Shown here: positions 1 to 11,900 of the stretch, one piece after another
How positions within the stretch are numbered: the first letter of the stretch is position 1
How the letters are laid out: every line of letters begins with the position of its first letter
Source of the DNA: Candidatus Poribacteria bacterium
Lineage (GTDB): Bacteria; Poribacteria; WGA-4E; JAJDTR01
Length of the DNA: 64,000 bases
Direction of reading: 5' to 3'
Assembly: GCA_965222225.1 (NCBI GenBank)
Contig: CBDCTK010000002.1
Location: 2,912,001 to 2,976,000, forward strand
The notes under the pieces: generated by a model
The model's input: the letters and a program-made list of their open reading frames with translations, nothing else
Database searches by the model: none
What the model was told of the DNA's origin: nothing
Program-made: the position numbers and the translations under genes

Positions 1-590
1 CCCGGCGTCCCGTCCGGTTTTGCGGCGTCGATGATACGCAGATGCAGTTGCGCAATCCGAAGGTGGTCGTCCAGAACGCGGCGCGCCACACCGGTAACAA
101 AGGGATTCGCCAAATGTTGAGCGTACCGCGGCATCCACACAATATCGTTGGGTAGATTCGGAGGGTGCCCGACCCGACGCGCCGGTCTCAACTCCACCTT
201 GTCCGCGGTCGCCGGATCCGTGAGCAATGCCTCTTCCTTCGCGCCTATCTTCAGCGTTTTCAACGACCCGCCGAGCAATTCCTGCAACGCTTGATGGTTT
301 CGGTCGATTTTCAACCGCGCAGCCTTGACCTCCTCTCGGATGGCGTCCACCACGCCGTTCGGTATGAGGTTGTCGATCACGCAGAACCCGTATCGATCAA
401 GCGAATCGGCGCACCCCTCCACCACCTCGTCTGCCGATAACGCCGCCGCGCTGAAGGCGTAACCCCGGTTACGAGCCAGATCGTCGGTGACGGCTTTCGG
501 GTCATGCTCGGCTTGCGCTATGCGTTCTCGAATCTCCCGAAGTTCTCGTTCCAAGCGTGCTGCTTTAGCGTACAGTGCGGAAATGTTCAT
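1..590 (-). CDS. Phytanoyl-CoA dioxygenase (PhyH)-like protein, N-terminal part (runs off the window)
   Basis: Hand translation from ATG at 590: MNISALYAKAARLE...SLDRYGFCVIDNLIPNGVVDAIREEV...YAQHLANPFVTGVARRVL. The 'xxxGFCVIxN' and 'HLANPxVxxVAxxVL' patterns fit PhyH N-termini. Not in the ORF track because it has no stop in the window. Confidence 0.6.
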   Translation of the reverse strand, partial: MNISALYAKAARLERELREIRERIAQAEHDPKAVTDDLARNRGYAFSAAALSADEVVEGCADSLDRYGFCVIDNLIPNGVVDAIREEVKAARLKIDRNHQALQELLGGSLKTLKIGAKEEALLTDPATADKVELRPARRVGHPPNLPNDIVWMPRYAQHLANPFVTGVARRVLDDHLRIAQLHLRIIDAAKPDGTP

Positions 591-673
591 CTATCAATCC
601 TATCCTTGTTAATCGCCTCTTTTACGAACCGATGTGTGTTGAAACCTAGTATTTTCTGGGGCTTCAGGGTTAA

Positions 674-935
674 GAACCTGTTTGAAAAATAGATGTCAAA
701 TCCATTTTGAAGCTGTTGAGTGCTATAATCTGTAGCCCCGCTGGGGCTTAGGTGCGTGGGGTTTCGGCGTTTCCTACACACCTTCATGGATCTCTATCGC
801 AGTCGCTATTCGCTCCCTTGATCGCACTCTGGGGCTTTTAGAGGCTTGTGCGCCGTGCGCACCCTACAAGATCCCTGATGAAAACCTTGGTTTTGAGGCG
901 AAATGTATTACAAAAATGAAATCTCAAACAGGTTC
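674..935. mobile_element. MITE with perfect 12-bp TIRs and a TAA target duplication (IS5-family-like ends)
   Basis: GAACCTGTTTGA at 674-685 and TCAAACAGGTTC at 924-935, with TAA on both sides (671-673, 936-938). It contains REP hairpins and one 35-bp element. Related left ends occur at about 5361, 14079, 17217, 17468, 17719 and 39511. Confidence 0.75.
788..822 (+). repeat. 35-bp micro-element copy
   Basis: GGATCTCTATCG CAGT CGCT ATT CGCT CCCT TGAT, followed by C. Confidence 0.9.
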
Positions 936-1414
936 TAAGTGTGGGAATGAAACTTGCTACAGGAACGCGTGTTTGCCCTATGAGTCCAAGTTGATTGCAA
1001 TGATACCCAATATGGTTCTGGTGGCTCCGATGTATGCGTTCTTGACACAACTGCTTGACACTTCCAACTACCGGGTGGTTTCTGCCGAGATTATAACAGA
1101 TATAGTCATTTCAATCAAGAGTTATGCATATAGGATTTACACTGTTCGGTTTGTAGGAGCGAGTTTTGCTCGCGATAGGAGGTCGCGATTCGGAGATCGC
1201 TCCTACAATCCTTTGGATGCGTCACTGCGTAAGTCCTAAGTTAATTTCATTTCCACACTTAATGGTTAATTCGCTAAGTATTTATGTATTATCCGGACAT
1301 CAAAGCCCCAGAGGGGCGACACTTGGATTACGTCCCAATCGAAAACATCACAAAGCGAGAGTTAGGCGGCTGCATCAATTTGGACCATGTATTCGAGACA
1401 CATCTGACCTTTCT

Positions 1415-1622
1415 GGATCTCTATCGCACGGGATCTACTATCGCCCTCCCTAATCAGTCGGCTGATCGTTGTTCACTCGTTTGATCGCAGTGCGCACCCT
1501 ACAAGATGGCAATTCAGAATTGTACTTTTGTACAAAGTCGAGCTTAGCACGGGGAACTCTATCGCACTCATTAGCCATTCGCTTAATTCTTCGTCATCCA
1601 GCCAGTTGATCGCTCGCTTGAT
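1415..1622 (+). repeat. Cluster of nested and stacked 35-bp micro-elements with a REP
   Basis: The copy at 1431-1466 sits inside the copy at 1415-1485. At 1552-1622 one full copy is followed by two extra 3' ends. Confidence 0.85.
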
Positions 1623-1755
1623 CGCGGTAAGAGAGGAAATCGGGATTTGACATCGAAGAATTTCGTCGGCGCAAAAACGGAAGCAGAATAGTTGGGTTTC
1701 ATTGCATTCAACCCAACCTACGGGCTACCCTATGCCGCGTCGTCCCATGACAACC

Positions 1756-4700
1756 CTACTTCACAATCACCATCCGCCGCAAATCACGAAACGAAGGCGT
1801 CGCCAATACATAGAAATAGATCCCGCTGGCAACCGACTCCCCACCGTCGTTGCGACCATCCCAATACGCCGCATTCCCCCGATCGGTGTAATACCCCGCC
1901 AGCTGGTGCCCCATCTCCAACCGTCGCACCAAGCCACCCTTGGTATCATAGATTGTCAGCGTGACATCTGATGCCTCCGCCAACCGGTACGGAATCCACG
2001 TTTCCGGGTTGAACGGGTTCGGATAGTTCGCCAATAGGGCGGTCTCCCTTGGCGCAACGGATTCCAAAAGCTGTTCAAACACCTCAATTCCTCGTTTCAC
2101 GATTGCATCCTTATCCGCAATGGACCGTGCGGCGGTTAGCCAATCCCGAATCGCCCCTGCGGTCAGCGCGTGGGATGCCTCCCCAAGCAGTGAAGGCGCG
2201 GCTGCGGCATCGTCTAATGCGATCGCAACCATCACCAAATCTTGGATGTTTACAACCCCGTCTCCGTTGGTATCTGTCAACGAACTTCGACCTTCATTCC
2301 CCAAACCCGACGCAACCGCCACCAAATCCAAGATATCCACGAAGCCGTCGCGGTTCACATCCTCGGCTCGAGGAGGCCGCTTGGTAAACTGAACCAGAAC
2401 CCCTCGATCCTGTAGGCTCGGAATGTGGGTATAGATTGAGCGATAACTCAGCGGGTTATTCTTCACCTGAACAGCGTCTTCACTGCCCAATTCCGTATTT
2501 GCCACCAAGGGGGAGAGATCGGAAATACTGTTGGAATTAAGAATCACAAATGTCAGGTTGGTCAAATCCGACAAGGGGGAGACATCCGATATTCTGTTGC
2601 CGGCAACAAAAAAGAGTCTAAGGTTAGTCAAACCCGCCAAGGGGGAGATATCCGATACTGAGTTCGACCCAAGATCTAACCAACTCAGATGGATCAAACC
2701 CTTCAGAGGGGAGAGCTCCGAAATCGAGTTGTTCAGGAGAATCAGCGTTTTCAAATTGGTCGCCGCCTCTAACCCGGTCAAATCGCTAATTGAAGCCTTT
2801 CGCGCTCCCAGCTTGGTCAAAGTCGCCATGTCGGCGCCTCGGATAGTGGCGCTTGGCGACACCCCGAGTGCCGATGCGACCGCCGCACGCAGGTTGGGAT
2901 CGGGAATATCAATCTCAGCCGCCCACTGAATCCACTCGGAAGTATCCCATAGCCCGACCATGCCCGTTTCCGCTCCCGAAGCGAGGGGCGTCCCGTCAGG
3001 GGAAAACGACACGGACGAAATCCTATCGGTATGTCGAAGCGTGGCTAGGTTTTCCCCGCTCGGAACATCCCATAGCTTAACCACAACACCTCCCACGGAA
3101 GCGAGGGTGTTCCCATCGGGCGCATACGACACGGAGGTGACGCGTCTATGCTGTAGTGTGTGGATAGTCGAGTTGGTCGCAGCGTCCCATACCTTGATTG
3201 TCCCATCCGACGACGCGGTGGTGAGCGTGCGCCCGTCCGGCGAATACGACAAAGTAGCGCCCCGCGAGTTTTGAAGTGTGGCGGTAGTTGAGTTGGTCGC
3301 CACATTCCATAACTTTACCGTCCCATCCCGCGACGTGGTGGCGAGCGTACTTCCATCGGGCGAATACAACACGGAGGTGACCTGATCGTGTCGAAGCGTG
3401 GCGATGGTTGAGTTTTTCGCTACGTCCCATAACTTTACCGTCCCATCCCACGACCTGGAGGCAAGCACACCTCCATCGGGTGAATACGATACAGAAGTGA
3501 CATGATCATTCCGAAGCGTTCCGATGACATCGTTTGTCGCCGCGTTCCACAACTTGACCGTCCCATCCCACGACCCCGACGCCAGCGTGCGCCCGTCCGG
3601 CGAAAACGCTACGGTTCTGACGGAATCCGCATGCCCCTCAAGGGTGGCGATGGTTTCCCGCTCTGCCACGTTCCACAGCTTGACCGTGCCATCATCAGAC
3701 CCGGAAGCAAGAGCCTTACCATCCGGCGAAAACGATACCGAATTAACCCTCTCTGTATGCCCTCTGAGGGTGCCGATATAATTGGGCGGAAGTTCCATAA
3801 GCGTAAGCCTTTCATGATGCCAATTTCCCTCCGTATCAACGACTTGAATAGTAATCGGATGGTTAACCGGGTTGGAAAGACTCGTCAAGCCGTTGGACGG
3901 AATAACGCCGTCATAATCGAATTGGATGAGGGCATTCGTTTCGCCTCCCAGCACACGACACACCTTTACTTCACGTTGTCTGGCAGCCGAGTGTGGTACT
4001 ATTGTATTAACGAATAGCTGTGCTTGGAGAAGCCCGTCGAGATCGCCAATTCTGAATTCTAGGGAGACGCTCTGTGAGCCGGTTAGATATCCACGCGGTG
4101 ATACGAGTGTGACGGTGGGCCGCGATCCCTGTTCGATTGGCACCTCGGGATTGAGGTACGGGTGACCGGTGAGGAACTCGGCGCTGCACGCGGATAACTG
4201 ATCGTAATCCGGCCCATAAGACATGATGTACCCGCCATCGTGAAAATTATGCTCCAATCCGAAGGCATGTCCCAGTTCATGCGCCGCTTTCGCCCAGTGA
4301 AATTCATCGGTAACCAAAGCACTCCCGCCATCCTTGTTATACCGTCGTCCCAAGCCCTCTATCTCTCCGGACAGCCTATACGTACTATTATCGATGACAA
4401 TTAGATAGACATTCTTACTAAGACTAAACGCAGCCCCAATCTCAGGAAATACAGCCTCGGCATTATTGCGCGCGCCAATGTAGCGACTGTCGGGATGCTC
4501 GCCATTCACGACGTGAACCACCGGTTCGTCCTGTGCGTCGGTCTCAATCCGGAAGGTTTTGCTCCCATGTCCATGCGCCTCCATCTGATCGGCAAAAAAG
4601 CTCTGTATGGCGCGCATCTCATCCTTCATCCTCTGAACCACGTCGGGGCGAGATGGGCGGTCATTGGGGATAAAGTAAACCATCCGCACCGTTCGCGGCT

Positions 4701-4875
4701 CCCCCACATCCAAGGTTGGGGTTCCGACATCGCACGGCTCGCCCGGCTGCCAATCGGGAGTCCCGCAAAGCGGCGTTCTGTCCTTCGCCGACGATTGGGA
4801 ATAGGCTGGATTCAGTGTGGAGGTGGCGAGACAAACCAACAGGGGGAGCGTGAAACGAAGAAGTTGCGTTGTCAA
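1756..4875 (-). CDS. Secreted multidomain protein: metzincin-type Zn protease + WD40 repeats + LRR + dockerin-like + FlgD/T9SS-like C-terminal domain
   Basis: Signal peptide; HELGHAFGLEH with Met-turn IMSY; about 7 WD40 repeats (GH...SPDG..LASGS.DGTVKLW); IPDPNLRAA cap and LRRs; DVNRDG/DTNGDG; ANYPNPFNPETWIPY. Confidence 0.9.
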   Translation of the reverse strand: MTTQLLRFTLPLLVCLATSTLNPAYSQSSAKDRTPLCGTPDWQPGEPCDVGTPTLDVGEPRTVRMVYFIPNDRPSRPDVVQRMKDEMRAIQSFFADQMEAHGHGSKTFRIETDAQDEPVVHVVNGEHPDSRYIGARNNAEAVFPEIGAAFSLSKNVYLIVIDNSTYRLSGEIEGLGRRYNKDGGSALVTDEFHWAKAAHELGHAFGLEHNFHDGGYIMSYGPDYDQLSACSAEFLTGHPYLNPEVPIEQGSRPTVTLVSPRGYLTGSQSVSLEFRIGDLDGLLQAQLFVNTIVPHSAARQREVKVCRVLGGETNALIQFDYDGVIPSNGLTSLSNPVNHPITIQVVDTEGNWHHERLTLMELPPNYIGTLRGHTERVNSVSFSPDGKALASGSDDGTVKLWNVAERETIATLEGHADSVRTVAFSPDGRTLASGSWDGTVKLWNAATNDVIGTLRNDHVTSVSYSPDGGVLASRSWDGTVKLWDVAKNSTIATLRHDQVTSVLYSPDGSTLATTSRDGTVKLWNVATNSTTATLQNSRGATLSYSPDGRTLTTASSDGTIKVWDAATNSTIHTLQHRRVTSVSYAPDGNTLASVGGVVVKLWDVPSGENLATLRHTDRISSVSFSPDGTPLASGAETGMVGLWDTSEWIQWAAEIDIPDPNLRAAVASALGVSPSATIRGADMATLTKLGARKASISDLTGLEAATNLKTLILLNNSISELSPLKGLIHLSWLDLGSNSVSDISPLAGLTNLRLFFVAGNRISDVSPLSDLTNLTFVILNSNSISDLSPLVANTELGSEDAVQVKNNPLSYRSIYTHIPSLQDRGVLVQFTKRPPRAEDVNRDGFVDILDLVAVASGLGNEGRSSLTDTNGDGVVNIQDLVMVAIALDDAAAAPSLLGEASHALTAGAIRDWLTAARSIADKDAIVKRGIEVFEQLLESVAPRETALLANYPNPFNPETWIPYRLAEASDVTLTIYDTKGGLVRRLEMGHQLAGYYTDRGNAAYWDGRNDGGESVASGIYFYVLATPSFRDLRRMVIVK

Positions 4876-4918
4876 AAATTAAGCTCCTTTATACCCGGAA
4901 TTGCGTGGAGGCGCTCCG

Positions 4919-5013
4919 ATCAACCGACTGATTAGGGAGGGCGATAGTAGATCCCTCAAGCGAGTGGATAGGGAGCGATCAAAGGAATGGATAATGACTG
5001 CGATAGAGTTTCC
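4919..5013 (-). repeat. Triple nested 35-bp micro-element
   Basis: Reverse complement reads GGAAACTCTATCG CAGT CATT ATC CATT CCTT TGAT / CGCT CCCT ATC CACT CGCT TGA / GGGATCTACTATCG CCCT CCCT AAT CAGT CGGT TGAT. Confidence 0.85.
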
Positions 5014-5029
5014 ATACCCAAGTTGCTAC

Positions 5030-5905
5030 TTAGCTCGACTTTGTACATTTGAACGTCATAACGGACAGCGTCAATTAGGCGTTGAAGAAGAACGAGGGAG
5101 ATTTTGATGGCCTGGCTTATTTAGTTGACCATTGAAGAATTCCCCAGCGGTTTCTGATACCATACAACCTGTCGCCCCGCCGGGGATTCGGTGTGGGGTG
5201 ATTCGCTGTTGCTATACACCTATCGCCTCTCTGGGGCTTACAAAGGCCTCTTGGATCTCTATCGCGCGCGCTAACCGCTTGCCTGATTCTATTCGGTCAT
5301 TTGATCCGTACAAGAAGCGGTGGGCATTGCCCACCCTACAAATGTACAAAGTCGAACTTAGAACCTGTTTGAATAATTGGTGGCAAAGCCATTTTTGGTC
5401 ATTTGTAGAAAGTTTTTTCATGTTTTCATTGTGGTCTGCTACATACCTATGGGATTGCTATCGCACTCACAATTCGTTCGTTTGATCCCCGCTGGGGGTT
5501 AGGTGCACGGGGTTTTGGTGTTTCTATACACCTTCATGAATCTCTATCGCATTCGCTATTCGCTCCCTTGATCCCACTCTGGGGCTTTTAGAGGCTGGTG
5601 CGCAGGGGATCTCTATCGCAGTCATTATCCATTCCTTTGATCGCATCCTACAAGAGATTGCCTTGATTGGCAGTGTTTCTAGTCATTGCAACTAAGAATT
5701 ATACATTTAGGATTTGCGCTGTTCGGTTTAGAGTGGCGCATTTTATTGCGCGTATTTTGTCGGAGCGAGCGTTACTCGCGACGGGGAATCGCGACCAGGA
5801 GATCGCTCCTACAAAGGCGTTTTCGGGTAGAATGAAACGTCGGAAGTTCTTTTTTTTGTACGCGATTTCTTTTGGATTTCCGCTCAACCCAACCTACGGG
5901 CTGAC
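5030..5905. repeat. Intergenic mosaic of MITE fragments, GTAG-REPs and at least four 35-bp elements
   Basis: 5030-5180 resembles 49533-49675; 5487-5655 resembles 736-870; 5680-5812 resembles 1103-1208. Micro-elements at 5253, 5451, 5538 and 5606. Confidence 0.8.
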
Positions 5906-5912
5906 CACTGTT

Positions 5913-8900
5913 TTAGAACCGTTGCTCCAGCTTCAAATCGACCCCATACTTCCCATGCTCACTGCGCTCCCCTGTAACCGAGAGCCCACGCTTAATCTGA
6001 TATTCCACTTCGATACGCGGCTCCCCGTGAATTTTCAAGGTTGAGGAATAAGAAATGAGAAGACGATCGAAAATTTCTTTGGAAAGAAGGACTCGCGGTT
6101 TTCCGATGTCGGTGGGGTCATGGTCCCACACCACTTCGTGCATGCCGATGAGTTGCGCCAATCGGTTTTGGAGATACTGTTGTGACGGGCGGACGATCAA
6201 GGGCACGGACGCGCCGAGGGGTGACCTTTCACGTGCGGCGTCGCCGGTTGCCAGAATGAAAAGAATTTGCATCTGGCTCAAATTGTACTCTTCGCTGGCG
6301 CCGCGGTACAACACATCCGCGTAAAATTGGGAATGATGCCTCTGCTCCTCCTGCTTGAGGTAACCGCTGAAATGCGCGCGGATTTCCACGTCCCGTGTGT
6401 GATCGCTGCCGTCGGTCGAGATAACCTGAACCCGCTCGATTGGGTCTAAGGTTTTGGCATTAATCTCATAGCGGGGATTAAATTCATAGGGGTTGGTGTT
6501 CTCGACAAACGAACCCTCCTCAATTGTAAACCGATAAATAATGCCGTTAAGCGAGAACTCGCTCGTTGGCAGCAAATTCACTCGCCCGATGAACGACGGT
6601 TTCTGTATCCGCCCGGAAAGTTTTCCGTCTATCGACACCTCAATATCAAGCTTGCCCAAATTGGATATTACCCGGAAATCGTTCGGGGCATGCACGTCCA
6701 AATCGAATCTCAGGTCCCTCATGACGGGGTAATCGGACCAGACTTCAAGGTGAATTTTGGCTGCTTGATCGAACCACTCATTAACGAGATCCTGCCAATG
6801 TCGTTCGTAAGTACCTTCTAATATGCGAACTGAGCCCTGAATCGGCGGCAAGCCTTCAACGGAGTCGGCGGAATTGGCAATCATCAGATTCCCGCTTTCG
6901 CCGCCCCCGACTGCTCCTTTCATGAATAAGTTCACTTCGCCGCATGTGATGCGGTAGAGTCCGTAGTCTTCAAAGGTGGAACCCCCTTCCAGCGTGGCCG
7001 TGAGATCGAGGTATCCCACGCGGTGCCAGTTGGAGGTACCGTAACCGTCCGCTCGGTAAGCCCCTCCGTTCAAAACCCCTTCCCAGTGCCGTATCTGAAA
7101 TCCTTCATTCGTAAAATCCACGGTAACGTCGGTATTCTTGACGTTGATATTTGCATCTGGTAGATCAAATGCCAGGTCGGCGAAGTTGGCGACGCCTTTG
7201 AGTCGAGGCGCGTCAATCTCCCCTCCAATGGTGACATTAACGCTTCCGGAGCCTTCGGCGAACCCCACCTGCTTCTGGATAAGGGGTAGAAATTCCAAAT
7301 CTTCAATGAATACATCCAATCTCCCTTCGATGGTGTTGGCTTGACCGGGAAGGTTCGAGGTTGGCAGATTCGCATGCAGCCTGTCGAGAGACAAGTCGAG
7401 AGGAATCGATCCGGAGAAGTCCGCACGATTGGATCCGATAACAAAACGAGCCGGTTCTTCGGTATGCAGCTTTCCATTCCGGTAAGCAATCCTACCGACG
7501 CACTCGTCTACACGGGCGCGGTTAATTGATAGATTGAAGGTGTCCCACCGGCAAGTGATTTCGGGGTTTTCGCCCGTGCCGCGCACGTGCAACTCTGAAT
7601 TGAGGCGCCCGTCAACGGCATACCCGTCGGGAAGAAAATCGGAGACAAAGCCAAGATTCAGGTTGCTCGTACGCATGTCGAGAACGTAGTGACCCGTGTA
7701 CGGCGCTTCGTCATCTGCTATTACCGCTTCCTTGCCGGAGACCGACCACTGACCGTTCTCCACTACCAACGTGAAACGCTCCTTCTCACCGATGCCAACA
7801 CGTTGGTCCTGTAAGATGAATCCATCGGCAAGATTAAGCTGCCCGGCGGCTAAATGACACTCGAGTGGGTTGAGGTTTCGGACTTCATAGTCAAGAGCGT
7901 TGATGAAAAGTTCTTCAACCTTTAGCCCGCCCGCCGCATAGCTGGCAAGGTTATGCGGAGTTAACGGCAAAATAATCTTGGGAAGCCACGGCGCATCGCC
8001 CGCCGTGACAAACCGCTCTATCGGGAGGCTTAAATGTCCTTGCGCGGTCACATGTCCGGTCAGATTGGCCGCCATCTTCGCCGGCAGAACGTTTCGGGCG
8101 AAGTCGGAGAGTTGCGCCTGTTGGGCATGAAAACTCCGAACTTCAACGGTTCTGGGGAGGAGTCCGTTCATATCGCAATAAACGTTCAGCGCATACTTGC
8201 CTTCGCCGATTTCAAAGCGAAACTCCGGTACGCGGAGCTCATCCTGTTCCACTCGCAGGCTTAGCCGTGCGTCCGAAATCGGTGTATCAAAGTTGGTGAA
8301 TTTGACCATCCCACCTTGGAGGGATGCCGTGCCGTATAAATGCGGCGCGGCGGTTGTGCCGCGTATCTTGAGGTTTATATCGGCTATCCCGCTGGTGGTT
8401 TCGAGTTGTGGCTGAAACCGGGAGAGAAAACTGAGATCGGCTTCTTGACTGCGTATTTCGAGATTAACGGGCTGGTCGAGGAATCGGTCTTTCAAGTCGT
8501 GCGGTTGGAGTCGCAGATCAATCGGTATGGTGCCCTGTATTCTCAAATGGTTTCCATAACCGCTCAATTGGGTCTGCTTAATCTCGAATACACGCTCGCG
8601 ATATTCCACCTGTCCGGTATCCGTGAACTCCAGGAAATGAGACGTGAGTTGATCGCCGACGCTGCCGTGCGCCTCCCACTCTGCATCAATGACGGGATTA
8701 GCGATATTCCCGCCTACATGAGCCACGCCGGTCAAACTCGCTTCAACCCCGACGGTGCTGTTGAACAGCGGCACCGTCATCCCGGGCAACAGGGCGCCGA
8801 ACGGAAAGCCCGTGAGTTCAAAATCAAACTCCAAATCACCATCCAAGTTGATCCAGCCGCGGGTGTCAGCCCATTTGGCGATGTTCGGGGATGGGCGATT

Positions 8901-11900
8901 GCCGGATTGATTGGCGACTACCGAATCCTCGTTTTCCTCTGCTTCGTTGCTCTCCATACTGCTAGGCGACCCAATTTGGAACGAGTTTATCCGGAACGTG
9001 CCATCGGCTAATTCGGCGCGAATCGGTTCGACGGTTAGCATGTCGCGGTTGTTAAAATCTACGTGTAAATTGTCAAGCGTCAGTTGCGCCGAAATTCGAT
9101 CAAGGCTGTAGCCGTCCCCGTCAAGTTCGAGCCGCGAATCGACTATCGCTCGGGTAATCTTGTCGGAGAACAGATACTCGGAGATTTCGTGACTGCCGAT
9201 CTTGTTGACGAAGTGCCTCGCGAAATCGGTTAGATTGATGCCTTTTCCATCTAGCTGAAGTTGAAAAGAGGGATCAAGCGACCGAATAGGGAGCGCGATA
9301 GTGATCCCCTCAAGCGACGATTCTCCCTCCTCCCTTTCATTGGAATCGCCCTCCGCGTACGACAGAAAGAGATCGATGAGTGTGGTTTGCGTCTTTGTTC
9401 GAGGCAGCTGCCAATTCGCCTTCGCTTGATAGCGCCCCTCTCCTATCTGCCATGCGGCGGTATCTGCGGTAACTGTCAGCAGCTTGTCGGATGTCCCGTC
9501 TCCGCCAACGACTCGCAGATCAAGGTTTATGTTTTCAAGCGGCTGAGGGTAATCGAGAACGTGCACTTTGGCGTCGGTTACGCCGATTGATGCGTCAACC
9601 CTCGGGTCGCTGAACGTTCCGGTGAGATGTGCGTCGAGGTTTAGCTGTCCCTCCGTAGACAGCTTAATCGTAGGTTGCCAATCGTGGATTGCCTCGAAGA
9701 GCTGCTCTAGATTCATGGAACCCAAATCAAAATCCACGATGTATGTTCGGAGATCGACGGTTGAGGATTGAAGGCTATCGAGATCCACGGCGGCAGTGGC
9801 TTCGGCTTCCACCGGCACGCCCGTCAGGAGAAAATTGAAGGGTTCGACTGTCAGCGTTTGGTCGGCATAGGCAACCTTGCCCGACGCCTCGCTTACGACG
9901 ATCGGAACGGGGGCGTTTTCAACGCGGAGTTCGGGAATCGCCCACTCAAGCGTGAGTTCGGGGTTTGCGAGGCTTCCGGCGCCGATGAGCTTGTAGCTGG
10001 CGCTTCCGGTTAGGGTTGCGGGGAGGTCCAACACGCCGCATAAGGGTTCAAGCCGGAAGTCTCGGGATTCGGCGACAAAATCAATCGACTGATCGTCTAG
10101 CGTCAAGCAGCAAGTCACGAACGGGGTGTCAACGGTTTTCCCTTCTAAATTGGCGAGCGAGAAGGAATCAACTCTCCAGATGTTGTCGATAAAACCGAAC
10201 CTGATTGGCGCCGCATTTGTCAACCGCCTGCCGTTGACTTCGAGTGCGAGGGAAGAGATCGACGTATCAAGCGTGAATTGTGTCAAATCTAGCAGTGTGC
10301 CGCTGAGTTGGAATGTGCCGTTAGCCGTCGCCGGAATCTCTTTTAAGGCATTGTGAAATATGCCTAGTATGGGACCGATGTTTATCCCGTTGCTCCGCAT
10401 GAAAAGTTGGTAGGGGTTGCCGAGGGTCGATTCTATGATGCCGCGTATCTGGCTGCTGCCGTCAAAGCCGATGCCTTCGAATCGGAGCGCGTTCTCGGTG
10501 AACACGCCGCTGATTCGAATCTCGGGGGAATTACGATTGCCATCACCTTCAGGGATTATGGTGTGATTGTCGTAGGTGATGTCGGAGAAATCGAAATTGA
10601 CATCAACTCGCGGATTGGCGGCATTGCCTTCACCGGTCGCGTGCACGAGGAGGTCGGCGTCCAACAGAAAATCCGGTTCCGGTATAGCGCGGGCAATCGC
10701 AAGTTCTTTCAATCGCATCGGATCGCTCTGAAACTGGAGTTGATAGTCAAGCTCCGGCGTGATTTGGAAATTGATGACGCCGCGTTGTTCCCGCGCGAAC
10801 ACCTCAAAGTCGGACACGTGCACGGTGTAATCCTCTATGACTAGGGGAAGGATTAGGGGGTCGAGCGCCAAATCCCAGGCTTTCGCATCCGCGACGTTGA
10901 GCCTGCCGCGCCCGTCAATGCCGTTTAACGTCCCGTCAAGCGCCAGATTGCCGGTGACAACACCCTCGACGGGGTACTCGGCGCCTGCCAATAGCCGCAC
11001 ATAATCCGAAATCTGAAAGGGATGGGCACGGACGCGGAACTCGACGGGGATATCGCCCTCGACTTGAGCGACTCCGTCCAGGGTCAATAGGCTCTCCCCT
11101 TTGGATAGGCGGACGGGTTGGAGGGTTACGCTGCCGTTCCGATAATGGAAGTTCGCTGTCAACACGCCGATGGGCACATCGAAAAGACTGGCTTCGGGGA
11201 TTTCCAGAAATCCGGTTAGCGGAACATCCGATGTAATCTTTCCGCGGAGTGTCGCGTCGCCGCCGAGATTGGGGGCGCGTATGATTTCCATCAATTTGCC
11301 GGTGTCGATGCGCCGTATCTCCAGATCGAGATTCAACGCCCCTTCTAGACCGGCTGCGCCGTTGACTCGGATGTTGGCGTCGTCGAGATTGGCGGCAACT
11401 TGGAGTTGGTTCCCCGCTATCTCAAAACTGGCTTCCGAAACGCGGATGCGAACATCGTTCATCGTGGCTTGGTCGATTTTCAACCCGCCCGTAAGCGTTA
11501 AGGAATCAGCGATCGCCGATTTCGGATTCTCTTCGCTTTGCGGCGACACCTCTTGAGTTGTCGGCAGCGAGCCGCTGATGTGGAGGCGGCTGTCGAGGAT
11601 TCCAGTCATGGTGAGAAAGTCTTCGGGAAGGTCGATGAACACTGGGAGGATTTCCTCGACGTTGGCGCCCTCAAGCTCTGCCCAGCCATCGTAGGCAATC
11701 GGCGATTCTGCGTTCTCTTCGGATGAAGGTGTCTGCGCCGTGGTATCCCGAGGCGATTGCTCGGAAATGGACATTAGAGAAAAAAGACTTCTTCCCAGGC
11801 CCCCGAAACGCGCCTCCAAACCCGCGGTGAGTTTGCCGGACGCGAGCGTCCCATTCACGTCGGTCAACTTAAGCGCGTTCCGGTTGAATTCGGCATTGAC

